Positions 1 to 14,095 of a DNA stretch of 64,000 nucleotides are shown in pieces (the stretch's first letter is position 1; each line of letters opens with the position of its first letter). Source of the stretch: Fistulifera solaris (Eukaryota); the NCBI GenBank assembly GCA_030295235.1, contig AP026135.1, forward strand, positions 992,001-1,056,000, written 5' to 3'. The notes beneath the pieces are model-generated. The model was not told the DNA's origin. It made no database searches and was given only the letters and a program-made list of their open reading frames with translations. Both the position numbers and the translations under genes were made by a program.

Positions 1-726
1 TGTGATTTTGTGGCCGTCTTGGTAGCAAGGGAGAGTAAAGTGTGTCCGTCTTTTGTTGTCGCGTTCAGAGCGGCTGGATTCGCAGCCAAAAGCATCCCAA
101 GTTTCTCTGGGGAACAGTGTCGGCTGCAAGCAACATGAGCCGGAAGATAACCTTTTCTGTCTTTCATAAAGCATGCTCTGCTACCATGCTCTATCATGTA
201 TTGCGTGAGCTCGGGGGACACATAGTCTAGAATGGAAAGTTAGAAAAAACGAACGGTTGGGAGCGAACTCTCCACGAAGAGCCAACTCACCAGTGAAGAT
301 AATGTGGAGTGGCGTTCGCTTTCCTGGGCCACCCTCTTTTGTCAGGGCCTCTTCGTAGGCAGCGATAAGTTGATAGATGATACGTTCCTTTATTTGCGCA
401 CGGATTTTCGTATTGCGTTGTGCGATCACGTGCAAAGGGAGGGAACCGTACCCATTCGTGAGACGAGCCGCTTCCGGCGTACTGGCCAAAATGTTATCCA
501 TAACGAGGGCACGGTGGTGGATGTTGCCTCGACTGGTAATTGCTTGATGCAAAACAGTGGTAGTGATGTTATTGTCCATGGTCATTGGGTACAGAGCGAT
601 CCATGGCTTTTTGATGAGAAGAACATGGACCTTTTTCCATTGATCCGAGCGACAAAGCTGAAAGACGTTAGTCATTTCCTTCAGACTCACAAGGGGATGG
701 GGAACAGCGCTTTCTAAGGGACTCAT
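1..726 (-). CDS. Ankyrin-repeat-like protein, 3' end runs off the window
   Basis: ORF 726..291 has TVLHQAI, SLPLHVIA and RTPLHII motifs. A GTGAGT..CTAG intron at 290..227 joins in frame to DYVSPELTQYM...GYLPAHVAC...GHTLLSLA, which continues to the window edge. Confidence 0.75.
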
Positions 727-1541
727 GGCGGAAACAAGAATTTTGCGAGGAGGTGCGATTATGAAAAGAAAAAATACGGTGGTAAGTCGTTGCGTGGAAG
801 ATATCCACGCTAGGGGTGGGCGTGGGTACTTCGGTGCTAACGGAAAAGTCCCTTCCGTGATCGGTTTTCTAATTCAAAAATGTTTTATCTGTAAAGTAGG
901 CTCATCGAAACGACTCCCGAGTGCAGAGTAACGTAACACATACAATGATCGATTCGTATCGATCATTCATAGGTAAGGTCAGCACCTCGGTCGGGGATAA
1001 AACACTCGTCCTCGTAAATCAAGCATTGCTTGGTGGCGTCCCTGCGATACGAGAATCCTGCGGTTAACAGCACAGGCCACCTGCATCAATTATCGCGTAA
1101 AGCCATGTTTGAATTACTTGGCGTGTAATGATGTAGTAAATACTCCGTTTTAAAGGTGTCTGAACCAAGTTTATTACTCCGTATTGTGTTTTCGCCTTTC
1201 GCATTGTATCGCATTGCAAATTGCAACAAAATTTTTCGCCGGCTGATCCCCTCTATTCAAAACGCTCTGTGACATCACAACCTCTTTGATCGTGTACCGC
1301 ATAGACCCTCTCTACTTTAAAGTGTCGTTTGCGTTGGAGTGAATTTTCATGGTTGAAACTACTTTTTCACGGACTGTTGTAACGGCCCAGGAGCAGGACG
1401 ATGCGTTGACATCGACGTTTTGAAACTTCCTCCCGAAATTAATCGCGCAGCAATCAATCTTGCTTGGATGATAAAGAAAATACTCATTCTGCTTGCCTTA
1501 GACTGTTTTGTTATTCTTTCTTGTCTGCAAAATACCGCACC

Positions 1542-4500
1542 ATGAACTCAACACGCAATTGTTTAGGTGAAACCGTTTTCATTCGCGATGAATTGTACGC
1601 ATGGCTTCCTGCCGTCATTATCGAGCTCGACCTCGAGAATGATCGGGCCTTGGTCGACACTAAGTTGCCAGATACCTGGAGGAAGGACACTGTTTTGGTC
1701 AGCGAGGATTCAGAAGACGCTCTCAATCAACAAAAATGGGTGACACTGAGCGACTATCCTCGTCACAAGTTGCCCCGTCGCAGTGATATCCTTGTAAGGG
1801 ATATGGCGGATATTCCCCACTTGCATGAAGCAGCCATGCTTTATCAAATCAAGGAACGACATGCTCAACAAAAACCGTATACTCGTGTCGGGGAGATTGT
1901 AGTTGCAGTAAATCCGTGTCAATGGATCCCCGACCTTTACTCGGAAGAAACGCAAAAGGCATACGCTTGCAATCTCGTTTGGAATTGTAAGTAAAATCAC
2001 GCATCTGTATTGTTTTACACATAAGATGATTTCTCAAATTGTAACTGTCTTTCATTAGACCCAACAAAGGAAGTCGGGGTCTCGTCAAGTGAGGAAAAGA
2101 AAGATGACGACGCGAGCACAAGAGCGAGCCCTACTAGCCTTGGTGGTGTCTATGATCGCTTGGGGTACGAGCCCCACGTTTACGAGGTTTCAGCACTTGC
2201 CTATCGTGGAATCGTCATGGATAGAAAAGATCAAGCTATTTTCGTTTCTGGTGAATCAGGCGCCGGAAAGACGGAGACAGTCAAAATCGTTCTGAAACAT
2301 TTAGCGAGACTGCCGGAGTGGGGCTCGAACTACAGCGGATCCGATCATTCGTCGCATGCTATGGTGGATAATATCTTGGAAAGTATTCCTCTTTTGAAGC
2401 CTTCGGCAATGCCAAAACGAGACGAAATCACAACAGTTCAAGATTTGCAAAAGTCACCAACCTACATTTTTCTGAAGACGAAAACAAACAAATTCGCTTT
2501 CTGACGGGGATTTACACAGAGGCTCACCTTTTGGAGAAGAGCCGAGTGGTCTCACAGTTCTCGGATGAAAGAAACTTTCACATTTTCTATCAGCTTTTAA
2601 GCGCATCTGCCGAGGAAAAGGAAGAGCTGCTTGGTGAAGACTGGCGAAGTTCATCACCATGTGATTTCCGCTACCTTTCGACGAACTCGGACGAAGCATT
2701 GCATCAAAGTGATTGTAAAGATTGGGAACATACACTTCATGCATTGCAATTCTTTGGCTGGAATAATGAACAACTGAAGTCCCTCATTCAAGTGCTTGGG
2801 GTACTTCTCCGATTAGGAAATATCTCCTTCGCAGAGACCACCGACGGTGAAGCGGTAATTGATAATCGACATGAATTACAGATGCTTTCTAAGAGCCTAG
2901 GGGTCTCGGCTGAAGCTCTTGAAAAAGCGATGACTTTGAAGCGTATTAAAGTTGTCGATGATGAGGTTGATGTCCCTTTACCTTCTTCGCAAGCCAAAGA
3001 ATGCTGTGATGGATTGGCTAAAATAATCTATTCACGACTGTTCAGAGTCTTAGCAGATCGGATCAATCAAAAAACCTATGTTAATGACCGTTACGGATCT
3101 CGGGTGATTTCCTTGCTTGATATGTTTGGTTTTGAGAGTTTTGACACGAACGGGTTTGATCAGCTATGCGTTAACTATTCAAACGAAAAGCTGCAACAAA
3201 AGTACGTCCACGATAATATTCTTCGACTCACAAAAGAGTACCGAGATGAGGGCATTACGCTCTTCGATATTGATTTTGTAGATAACGTGTGCACTGTTGC
3301 CCTGTTCGAGAACACAACAGGTATTATCACGGTACTCGACGATGAGTGCCTTCGTCCAAATGGAACCGATGAAGTAAGTTTCAAAGTCTTTCATGATCAA
3401 TAGAAACACTGGGCTGACTCTGTTGTTCGTCACGAAGACATTTGTTTACAAATTAAAGGGCACGAGTACTGCATTGATTGAAAATAATCTTCATACCAAG
3501 ACAGAGTTCTCGATTCAGCACTATGCTGGCCCCGTCGCTTATGAGGCCAAGGGATTTATTGAGCGAAACAGTGACAAGTTGCCCCGAGATGTTATCCTTG
3601 TTGCGTCGAAATCTTGTAATGAAATCATCCGATCAGAGCTGATGCAATTAATCAGAGAAGAAGAACTGAGTTTGAGAACAATAAAGAGGAAAACTTCGAT
3701 CATGCGAAAGTTTCAAGTCCAACTGCGTTCTCTTTTGGACACCATGAGCGATATGCAAGTGCGTTATATACGATGTGTCAAGCCAAATGAAAATCTTGAA
3801 GCAACACGCACAGATCATTTGAAAACACTGCAACAGATAAAATGTGCTGGGTTGGTCACGGCAATAGAAATGGGCCGAAAAACCTTTCCTGATAAGCTTT
3901 CATTTTCGCTTATCGAACAACGATTTTCGTGTTTAGTTTCTTCTGAGTACCAAAGCATGCTACAGGATATTCCGCTTCACGATAGGGCATGCTTGATGAT
4001 GACTTACATTTTCGCAAATTTTGTTGGAACCTTTGACGACGATGAACTCGGGCTACCTTATGCTTGTGGCAAAACAAATATCTACTTTCGAGCTGGGGCT
4101 GTTGAGCATCTTGAATCGCTTAGACGAAGTATGTTTTCGAATAAGTCAACCGTTTTGCAAGCTTGGTATCGAGCTAAAAACCAGCTGAAAAAGTACTCCT
4201 TGCTGCGTCGTTCAGTCATTTCTATTCAGGCTTGCTACAAGAGTCGAAAGGTTCGATTACAGTTCTTAATTTTGAAGAGTGGCATCCTGCGTTTACAAGC
4301 AGCGTTCTTCAGCTATCAGTTGCGGGTATTACACGAAAAGAAACGAGGCGCAGCAGTAGCAGTTCAGAGGTGGTGCCGCTTGCTATTCGCGCGACGAAAT
4401 GCTACCCTCCGAATTCAAAGTTGGTTCAGACAAAGAAGGGCTGAGCGTCTTTTTAAACAAAAATGTCATACCGCCTTAATGGTGCAGAGTCAATTCAGGG

Positions 4501-5657
4501 CTCGTTTCTCACAAAGAAAGACCAATCGTCACCAATGCGCAGCATTGACGTTAACGTCTTTTGTCCGCATGGCGCTTGTAAGACGTCGTTACGCAGGGGC
4601 TCGTCAAGCTTCAAGGACAAAGCCTTGTACTACTCAAGAATTTGGTCATGACAAAGCCATCATGTCGATAACAGAAGACACTCAAGGTCACTTCAATTCT
4701 CATTGTGGATTCGGTTCTGAAGCAGAGATGGAGGTTACGCATTCTGATAATAAAAGAAAGACTGTAAGTGACGAAATGAGCACCATTGATCTAACAGACA
4801 ATGTGAAGAATATTTGTCGATACTGCAATCAACTACGCCACGATGATTCGTCAGTCAATAGACAGCGCATTCGTGACTTGAGACAAGAAATTGTCCATGT
4901 AACTGAAGAGGCTGAGTTACACAACCGACTAGTGGAAGCAGAGTTCGAGGAACGCATTGCTGATTACGAGTCTGAAGTACTTCAACTACAGAAAAATGTT
5001 GCTCATCTTGAGGCCGAAAAGGATGCTTTGCTAGCTCAAATAGACTCCGTGCAGCTTAATTACACGAAAACAATAAAGCTTCTCCAGCGAGGAATACGCG
5101 ATACTGTAAATTCACACAAAGAGTATTTGGCCAAAATTATGTCCCAGCTTGAGAAATCCAACGAACAAAGAAAGGCAGAAACTGCACGCTTCTCGGAAGA
5201 GCTTCAAAGCATGAAGATATCCAGTGATGCGAAGATCCAAACCCTGAAAACAGAAAACAATTTGTTGCGCAATGCACTTGACGAACACGAAAGGCTTCGG
5301 CAGTTTGTCTCAGATAAAGCAGACATCATGCGAGAAGTCCAACGGTTCTCAGGAAAACTGGAAAAGCTTTTCTCTCCGCAGCAAATCCTATTGGCTATTG
5401 ACTATTCGAGCAATGATGCCGGTCAAAGACATGCTGTCATCGAAAAACACATTTCAGCGAAATGCAGAAAGAATCTATATCACCTCGAAAATCTCATCAT
5501 GCACACATTAAATACAAGTACATCAAAAGGTATAGAGGAGGAGATTATTGGTCTCCAAAATCAACTAGTTCGGGCGTATGAGGATAAAGAACAACTTCAA
5601 GACGAAATTGCACTTCTCAGGTCTACCCAAGTCCATGACAGGCCAACTAACATGTAA
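1542..5657 (+). CDS. Myosin heavy chain (motor domain, several IQ motifs, coiled-coil tail)
   Basis: LHEAAMLY, PYTRVGEIVVAVNP, P-loop GESGAGKT, FEAFGNAKTRRNHNSSRF, LEKSRVV, ERNFHIFYQL, LDMFGFE, NEKLQQ, YIRCVKPN and IQ-like repeats. Introns at 1987..2058 and 3374..3437. One missing T in the T-run near 2392. Confidence 0.95.
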
Positions 5658-5802
5658 TGGAATTAACTGGACCCAGTGCAGTAACATGTTAGCTCAACGT
5701 CTGAAAAACCTTTTTTAGGCAGAATATTCATCATCTTTAACTTTTTCTAATACCCGGAGTAATTCAATATTAAATTCAAAAGAGGTGCGTAGCTACAAAT
5801 GA

Positions 5803-8800
5803 TTATTGATCGTCTCCACCCACCAGAGTAGATCGCTGTGCTCCAGGGGGCATGCACGATCGGGCCACACTTTCGAAGACCTTTTCGATTTCGGTTGCAC
5901 AGCGAGTGAAGGGATGGCTCCAAAAGCTGTACCTCTGGTTTTTTATTAGCTCGATAAAGGTGACCAAGAGTCCCCATGGATGGGGTCGGTTTACGATAAG
6001 CCTCTCCAGCAAAACCCTAGTAACCTGCTCCTTCACAGCGACATTCTTCGACTCACTGAAGAGGTAGAGCATCACGCAAGAAAAATAATGCGTGTGGCTG
6101 GAAGGGTAGCGAAGTTGATTTGCTATTGCGTTAAGACACACATAGCGACCATGGTCGTCAAAGTCCATAAGCTTCTGAATCAATTCGATCTCAGGAGTCC
6201 GAGATAAAGATATCTGCGAGCTCTGCATACGTGCGAGAGCGTGAGCTCCGACGTAAATGATCACAGAATTTGCTTTCGCGGCATCAACCTTTCCGGTACC
6301 AGGTTGTAGAAGAAGCTGGGGAAGGGCTGACAGAAGATTTCGGCGCTGTCCTTCTTTCAAGTAGGCATCTAGATGGCTTTTGAAATTTTCAATCGGACCA
6401 AAGATACTTGAGAGCACAACAGGGCTTCTCGTGATGTCGCGCAGCAAATCGATCTTGAGATTAGGTGTGAAAGGGTCCGGAGGAGACATTCCTTTCGGGG
6501 TGGCAGAGAGAACAATGTTTCGAAGTTGTACGCATGTGTCCGGTATAACATTGCAAAGAGAGACATGGTAGCCAGCCAAAAGGACGGAAAGTCGTGCAGC
6601 AGAACCAAAAGAACACGAAGAGACCCTTCATAAAGCTTCTTTATACAATCCGGAAGTTCGATAGACTTGAGATATGGCTCGAGGAAGAGGAACTCATCGA
6701 TAAGTAGCTGGTGCATGATATGCCATGCTTTCTGACCCGGAAACAACATCAAATTAGGTAAAAAATGACGGTGCGATATCAGTTCTAGCCAACTGAATGC
6801 AAAACCTGCATTCAAAACTCAAGATTAATAAAGTTCGATAAGCGAAACAAAGCCGAGAAAAAGCCGAGAGAAACTTACCAGGCACTACAAGGGGTTGACA
6901 AGCATGAAGCGCAATACCAAAAATACTCATGACACCAAGGCGAATACTATGCAGTTCCGGACTCGGTTTGTTCAAATCAACCATCAAATTCATGAAAAGC
7001 CGATACCATGGGCGTTGGTCCCATGGTCCAAAGTTGCCGTCGATCTTCCACTTTTCTGAATGCCATACCATGGTGCGCACAAGCACTCCCAGTATTTTAT
7101 TGAGCATTCCAAGCCGTTGGGCATCAAGCTGATCTTGAGAGCCACTAGCATTCACGCGATGGAAAAGCAAACAAAGGAGTCGGCAATATATGTCGGCAAA
7201 CGAAAAATTCAAGGAAGCCCTTGACTTATCACCATCTGGACCAGCTGATTTAAGAACGGCCTCGACAATTATCGTAATCGAGAGCCTCAAAAACGCTCAG
7301 TCTGTTCCTCGTTCTTGCCGAATCCGTACTGCTCGAGCACCTGGAGAAACTGGGAAATTGTATTTTCACTTCTGATCCCATCCGCCTGGATCCGCATCCA
7401 ACCGTCAAGGAGGACTGTAACTTGTTGTTTCGCGTTGCTGGGGTCTCTGCTTATAAAACCAGTGGTTGCATCGGCGATGATCTTCGGGGCCATACTTAAT
7501 TTCTCCAAAGAATCCTTGGATAGACTGGAAGTTTCGGTAAGTGAAACTCGATTTCCGGAACTTGTATAAGGTTGACTCTGAAGTCTAGATATGAGATCCC
7601 TGTCATCCGGGAGAGTTCGAGTTTCTTCCAACATTCGAAGAATCTGTTTCCTATATGCTTGCACGACTTGCTGATTTGCCTGACTCCGGTTGTCAACCAT
7701 TCTCGTCATCAGATCAATAAGTTTCGGAAAGTCCGATGGATTAGAAATGGATTCAACAAAAGCCGTGCGTATCAAGTATAACGAAAACTCAACCCAAACA
7801 TGGTTTCTTCCGTTATCCGCCCTAGCTGCAAGGAAACTATCGAGCTCTTGAACCGCAAGTAATCGGCTTCGCAGCAACAGTAGCAAAACTGTTTTGTGTA
7901 TACGCCGCTGCACGTCGCTGTTCGTAGGTGCGTATGTGACCCACGTCCCCAAGTCCTTTCCCAGCTTCGGGCAAAAAATATTGACGTTTTCCAGAAGAGC
8001 AACAAGAACCTCCAATCGCAATGGTTCCTTTAGGCTAAGGTCGTACAGACGCTTAAATATTCCTTGAGAAAAAGCTAAAATCATCTCTTGTTCAGAAGCT
8101 GAAAGTGGGCGCGAAATGTTTTCTGAAGTCGAATTAGGCATGACCTGTTTTATCGCAGCAATAAGCTGTTTGACCTGGTGATCGGGTGGGAGCATAGCCA
8201 ACTTAATTTCTCCGCTCCTAGCCCCAGCAGAAGAGAGTAAGGCGTTCACAACAGAATCCAGCTTTGTACTGATAGAAGCAAGAACTTCAGCGCTAAACTG
8301 CTGACCCATCGCTTTCTGTGGAGTCTGAGGATCCTTTGTGATTACTTGATTTTCGACCCTCGGAGGAAGAGTGGAGCCGCCGGCCACAAGGGCACCCGAT
8401 CGGGGCAATCTTTGAAAGCTCTCGTACAGCTGATAATGCTCTTCCTTCAACCCACCTGGCTTCGGACGAAGAGCTTCGGGCAGTGCAGAAGGATACCGCT
8501 GAGTTCCACCAGCAAAAATGGAGCTATCAAAGTAAGGCTGCCCCGTCTGTTCTCTATGAGTTCGTCTTGCAGTAATGGCAGGAGCAAGCGCTTCATCAAC
8601 GTCACGAACCGCCTTTTCAGTGGCTGCCTTCTCAATGAGGCGGCAGCCTAATTCAAGGTTGTCAGTCGAACAAATTTGAACACACTGCTCCATGGCATTC
8701 TGTTCTTGCTCTCCAAGTTTGCTAGGACTTCCGACAGCAGCTGTAAGTAGCTGGCGAAGGTGGGACGAGATACTTGACCGAAGTGGTTCACGACAGGTGA

Positions 8801-11800
8801 CCAGGGCAAGGCTACCCGCTAAATTTGCAACCATCAGTTGACCTGCTTTCCTCAGTTTCGCTTCGTCACTTTCCATAGCGAAGTCTTTGGTCACAATTTC
8901 TTTAGTGGTGATACAAGCAATCGTCACGCTTCGCTCCACAACAGGCTGAATTATTTCTCGGATGGCACGATCAACAGCTATGGGGACCCAACGTTTGAAT
9001 GACGTTGGAGTTACCAAGCTCGACAGTGTCGCTCCACCTTGTGTCTGTATTAGCTGTATCAGACTCGGATTGACTGTGACATAAGAAGCAAGATTTGGAA
9101 TGACGGTTTCAAGCTGCTCTTGGCCAGGTCCACTTAAATTATTAGCTCCATCAGTTAAAGGCGACGCAAGGCCCGCCCCTGGACCAGGACTTCCTTTCGC
9201 TGTATTCCCCGAAATCTTTGGTGCAGTAATAGTCGTTTTGATGTTGAAGTCGGGATTATCGTTTTTCGCTGGAGCTACACGAAGGGCTAGTACTTCGTTC
9301 CGTAAAGGAATGTCTTCCAATCTGATCCCTAGATTCTTGCAAAGGACTTCCACCTCAAACTTGATATTCATTTTTAAGCCTTGTACATTGTAGACAGATC
9401 TAAAGACCCCGAGAATACCCATCAACCAGGGGTTCGGTGGACGAAAAACTTTAGAGTTCTTAGCCCCTTCGAGCGTCTTAGCAAGAAACGGGGCGACCGC
9501 AATCAGCTTGCCGGTCTCGTAACCTTGGAGAAGCAGCTCCTTGCAGTCAAGCGTTACTTGAAGAATTGGCCGATTTCGAGCCAGCGTGATTTGCCCCAAC
9601 CAAATACCAAGATTCTTGAGGTAACTACGCTCAGACGACGATGTTGTGATTTTCGATGAGCGAAGTAGTTTCCCAATGTTGTGGTACACACTCCTCAAAA
9701 TTGCTTCGACCAATCCCTTCCCATAGTCACCAAGACTATCAAGAAACGCTAGGTAAAGCGAGTGAAAGTTCGCCTGCGTGCTAATACGCTTCACCACAAG
9801 ATAATGACCAAGCCAATCGAAATACTGAGGATCAAGCATCTCCTTCAATTCCTGAGCCTTCTTTTCGACATTTGCGGGAGCTAGATTGTTTACTAGGAAC
9901 TGGACTTTATCCAAGATTGTATCGGTTGGCGCTTCAAGAACTCGCTCCTCATCATCATCGTCAGTCACCGCTCGCCCTAACTTTTCGCCAAATACTGCAA
10001 CACGTGGTGTTTCATTTGTCGGTATCGTCAGCTGTTGGGCCGCCGAGGTAGCAGACGCGAATGAAGCATCACTAGAAACTGAGGGTAGATCTTTACCAAT
10101 CTGCCCCCCACCACTGGATGGTGAATCAACTGAGTTACCAGAGCCCCGATTTTGACTCTTATTCATCTCGGACTCTATCTCGGCCACAAGTTCAGCGTAT
10201 TTCTCTTTTAAATGAGGAATTTGCACGATGTGAGAACAGTACTGCGGCCATTCATGAAGGCGGCCTTTGAATTGCTCCAGGGCAAACATGCCAAATTTGA
10301 ACATTTTTCCAGTACTTGTGGTCTCGGGCGGTTTTCGAAGTGCTTCAAGAACATATCGAAGAGCTATACCCAGTGTAATACTGCTGACAAGCTGTTCTTG
10401 TATTAATGCTCCGAAAAGAATCCCGGTTATACGTAATTCCTTTTCCGGGTACTTGTTGAAGAACCGATATTCGTTGAACAAATTGTGTACCATGCAAGCG
10501 AATATTTCGTTTTCTTTGCTGTTGCCAGATGTTTTAAACCGCTTGAGCATCTCAACCACATCTCCAATACTCTGTTCGGATGTGTAAATTTTCTGGAAGT
10601 AAGCAGTGGCCATATCTTCGACATCGTCTGATGAAGTGAGAGGCGCTAAAGGTGCTGGGGGATTCTGGCCGGAAAAGGCAACTCGCAACGACGGATGGGC
10701 CGTCAAACAGGCGTCCATTAGCGACTTGACATTCTCTCCTAAAGTCCCGGCAACAAGAACTCGATCAACGCTTCCTACCACTGATTGAGCTAACACACTT
10801 GTTTCCAGCGACTCCAGCAGTTGTAAGCTTATTGCAATATTTTCAAGGCTGACAAGCGGACCATCGGCACCCCCAACTCGGGGCTTCGCTGCCGCATACG
10901 TCTTCCGAAGATACGAGACAAGGGAAACAGCGAACGGAGCAACGGAGCCCTTCGATGTTAGCTTTTCTCCAAGCCAAGGCTTCAGTTGAAGAAAGTCGTT
11001 GTCCGACATGACGAAGGCAATAGAAATACTGTATTCAGCATCCTTGTTCCCACTGAGAAGGGAAGCTACAGCGTCCGCGGGAGAAGGAAGGAGACGAGCA
11101 ATATTGATGATGTGGAAAATCCCGGCTAGGCGGATTTGTGGACTGTCTTGAGCTACGCTCCTCCAGGCTTCGAAACAAGCAGCCATAACAGTCGTCGGCG
11201 ATATGGCATACAGACGTCGTAATGCAGGCGGACCATTCTGGACACGGTGGTGGGGATTTGGGCGAAAAAATAAGGGAATTAGCTCGCGCATCAATTCTGT
11301 CTTCAGTTGGCGACCGGCGCTTGCAGCTGCTTCTCCTCCAGGCTGCGAAGATGCCGTGTTTGCAACATGAAGTTGTAAGCGCACCAATGAACAAAACAGG
11401 ACCTCGGGACAGCTCAATAGACACCGAACAAATAGATCTCTCACTGGCCGGTAGAGGGCAGGTACATCAGAAAGATGAAGAAGACGCTGCAGTATTTCCA
11501 TTGATGCCCAGCAGTCGGGATTGGGAGCCGATATCGGGCCCCCAGTCGGTGCTACGGCAGCATCCGCCATCTCTTCTTCGTTCAACGAGACCATATAAAC
11601 ACTAGGCGGGCATGCCACCATGGCTTCCAGCAACGAGAACTGAGCCGATGGATTCCGCCAGTGACGTGTCAACGCACCTAGAGGAGGAATTGATTTCGCA
11701 CCGGCTCTATACAATTCAACAAGCGTTCGAAATTGGTTGGTATCCACCATTCGGAACTCGGGAAAATCCCAGTTTTGGGCGACAACGTCCCAGTTAAAGG

Positions 11801-12812
11801 AGCTGTAGTCTTCGCTAATGACTTGTGCAACTGTTTCCAGGTTCCACCCGAAGGAAGAATTGTCCATGTTTCGACCTGCAACGATTCCTCCTATCAGTGA
11901 TGCTGACAAACCACTGGTTCCCGAGTCAATGACATTCCGTTTGTCGGAGAAGAAAAAGATGATACTGGCAAGAGAAGATTCCGTTATTGCTCCATGAGTC
12001 CTCGATACATCCGCCAGGACATCCCGTAATGCAGCTGGCGAGCGTGTGCATGATGGACCGAGTTCCGCTAAAATATTGGGGATAATACTTGACCCGGAGA
12101 GGGAAATGCGGTCCGCAAAACCGGAAAGAAGTGACGCCATGGCTTCGTCTGATAGTTTCGAATCCATCGGGGAAATTCTTTCTGTAGCAATTTGTTGTCG
12201 TAATGAAGTAAGTATTTTGTTAACCCGAATAGGACTGTCGGTTAGTGTCTGTAGAACCAAGTTAGTTGAGATTGTTATTGACAAAGTTCGTTTTTTCGCG
12301 GACAGTTCAACGCAAAGAGCATCAACATACCGGATTATCCTCAAGAACTTGAATTATCCTTTTATAAAATCGTGATCCCAAGCTTGTGTTGATAGTTCCT
12401 TGTGAGCAATCTCAACAGATTCAACTAGAGCTCTGGCGTCTCGTACACGCGAAGGTGCGGCGGAGTTTGACAGAGAAGTAACCTAACGATAATCGCAATG
12501 AAGTGAGTTGATTACCTTCAAACGAAAATCAATATTTACTAACAAAATTTATGCAGAACTTACGAGAGACTTGGAATACTCGAAAAGGACAGTGTTCGGT
12601 GAGAGAGAGTTGACTCTCTGCTGTACTGTCCGTCCGTAGCTTTCTACGAGGAGAGCCCCCGCACGGGGCGTGGTTTCAAACAAAGATCTCTCTAAGGCAA
12701 GGTCTCTTTGTGTTGATGTCTCTTCTTTCTTTTCAGAAGAAGCTTCAGTAATTTGATGAACTTGTTTTCGATTGTGGTTTCCTTGAATCTCTTCGCTCAT
12801 GGGCCATGGCAA
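5803..12812 (-). CDS. NOT1: CCR4-NOT transcription complex subunit 1
   Basis: CMVHNLFNEYRFFNKYPEKEL, LKNLGIWLGQITLARNRPI, FRPPNPWLM, PVVERSVTIACITT and C-terminal LLERLIVNRPHPWGLLVTFIELIKN. In-frame introns at 12563..12483, 12330..12249 and 6878..6806. Two homopolymer frameshifts near 7290 and 6579. Start codon uncertain (12812 or 12800). Confidence 0.93.
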
Positions 12813-13199
12813 CTTGCAATAGTTGCCTTTTCACGCACTTGTTTTTGTAATGCATCGGACGAAGACGAAAGGCTTTTGCTGCTGCTGTGGCGCCGAAGCA
12901 GCAAATTGTCTGGCTTTACAGGAGTCCCGGTTCTGTCCATCGTTTTGTTCTTCATTCCCTAGCATGACGAAGTTTTTGTGACGTAAAGGTGTACACTTGA
13001 AAAGATAGTAAATTGTCAAGTCAACGATCCGCAAGGTTTAACTATCCTAAATTCCTTGATTTCCTAAAGTCAGAATTCAATTTTGACATTCGGAGTGATT
13101 TTTTCGTTGTCCATTTTCATTTTCTCAAAAATAGTTCAATCTGGCCCCGTGCTGAGTAAGCTCTAGCTAGTGCTAGTAGAGGGCGAGTCCTGAACCCGT

Positions 13200-13345
13200 T
13201 TCCCAATGAGGGGGGAATCTCCGTGGTCCGTGGTGCTCTTTCTCTTGGACTCCGAACAAACATACTAACTGACCGGACAAGAGAAAGGCCCATGCGAGCC
13301 CTAGTGAACCCACTAATCTCTGAGTAAGGTTTGTTCCATTTCACC
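13200..13345 (-). mobile_element. Relic 3' ORF fragment of a CRE-like (restriction-like endonuclease) non-LTR retrotransposon
   Basis: Peptide KWNKPYSEISGFTRARMGLSLVRSVSMFVRSPR resembles the C-terminal KW..PYS...(W/Y/F)VRAR(M/L)S..(I/L)VRA....RG.R helix of CRE-clade elements. No RT domain or poly(A) tail is visible. Confidence 0.55.
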
Positions 13346-13575
13346 TTGTATTGATCAATGCGCGTTGCCTGTGCTTTGTCACGTGGGAAACGTCGGTCCC
13401 ATATTTCTGGGTCACGGGTTTGACGCAAAATACGAAACTAACTCGCCTTTCATCTAGCAAAGTAGATGTACCAGTACCAGGTACTGCAAAAGATCATCAA
13501 GTTCGGCTCATCCATTTGAAACTTGTCCTTTAGAGTATTACTTTATCCATGGTTGACCGCTTTCAAGTTGACGCG

Positions 13576-14095
13576 ATGCTTGCCTACGTCTTTGACGACT
13601 TTTCTCAAGCTGACAAGTTCGCCACTTCGATAGAAACACATAGTGGTTTGGTTCCCACTTTTGTATCAAATGGCATTGTGCAATTGTTGAGAACGTTGGC
13701 GGCTTTGGCTTTCTCTGGTGCGCCAGAATACAAATCGGCGCAAAACTGTTCGTATTGCAAGACGAGTTCATTTTTCTACAGTCTTTTCTCTCCGATGTCC
13801 CGAGAATTGTCGCGACAAACAGCATCTACTTGAGGCAATGCTGGCTTCTGTGAGTGGACAGAATGGTTTGGCCTATGCCCATTATACAAGCTCCATCGCA
13901 CGAGCAGAGAAATCCGACTTTTGTTTCAACAGGAGCTTTCTCATGAACGTCTTGGGTTTCATCTCCATGGTGCTGGGGATGCTGAGAAGGCGCGGCTCCA
14001 CTTGAATACAGCGGTCAACATATATAGTCATTGGGGCGCAAACGGAACAGCGAAGTAGCTCCAGGACGTTATATCAGACACTCTATCTCAATGCT
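13576..14095 (+). pseudogene. Degenerate duplicate of the C-terminal part of the STAND/AAA ATPase gene at 17074-20153
   Basis: MLAYVFDDFSQA, ARQNTNRRK, CPENCRDKQHLLEA, LAYAHYT and HWGA match 19632-20150. It carries several frameshifts and an in-frame TAG near 14056 where the intact copy has TAC. Confidence 0.85.

Noticed and set aside
12249..12344. TTG-initiated start of the 1685-aa NOT1 ORF
   Set aside because: Most of this stretch is an in-frame intron (GTATGT at 12330, CTAAC branch site, CAG at 12249), and upstream exons extend the gene to about 12812.
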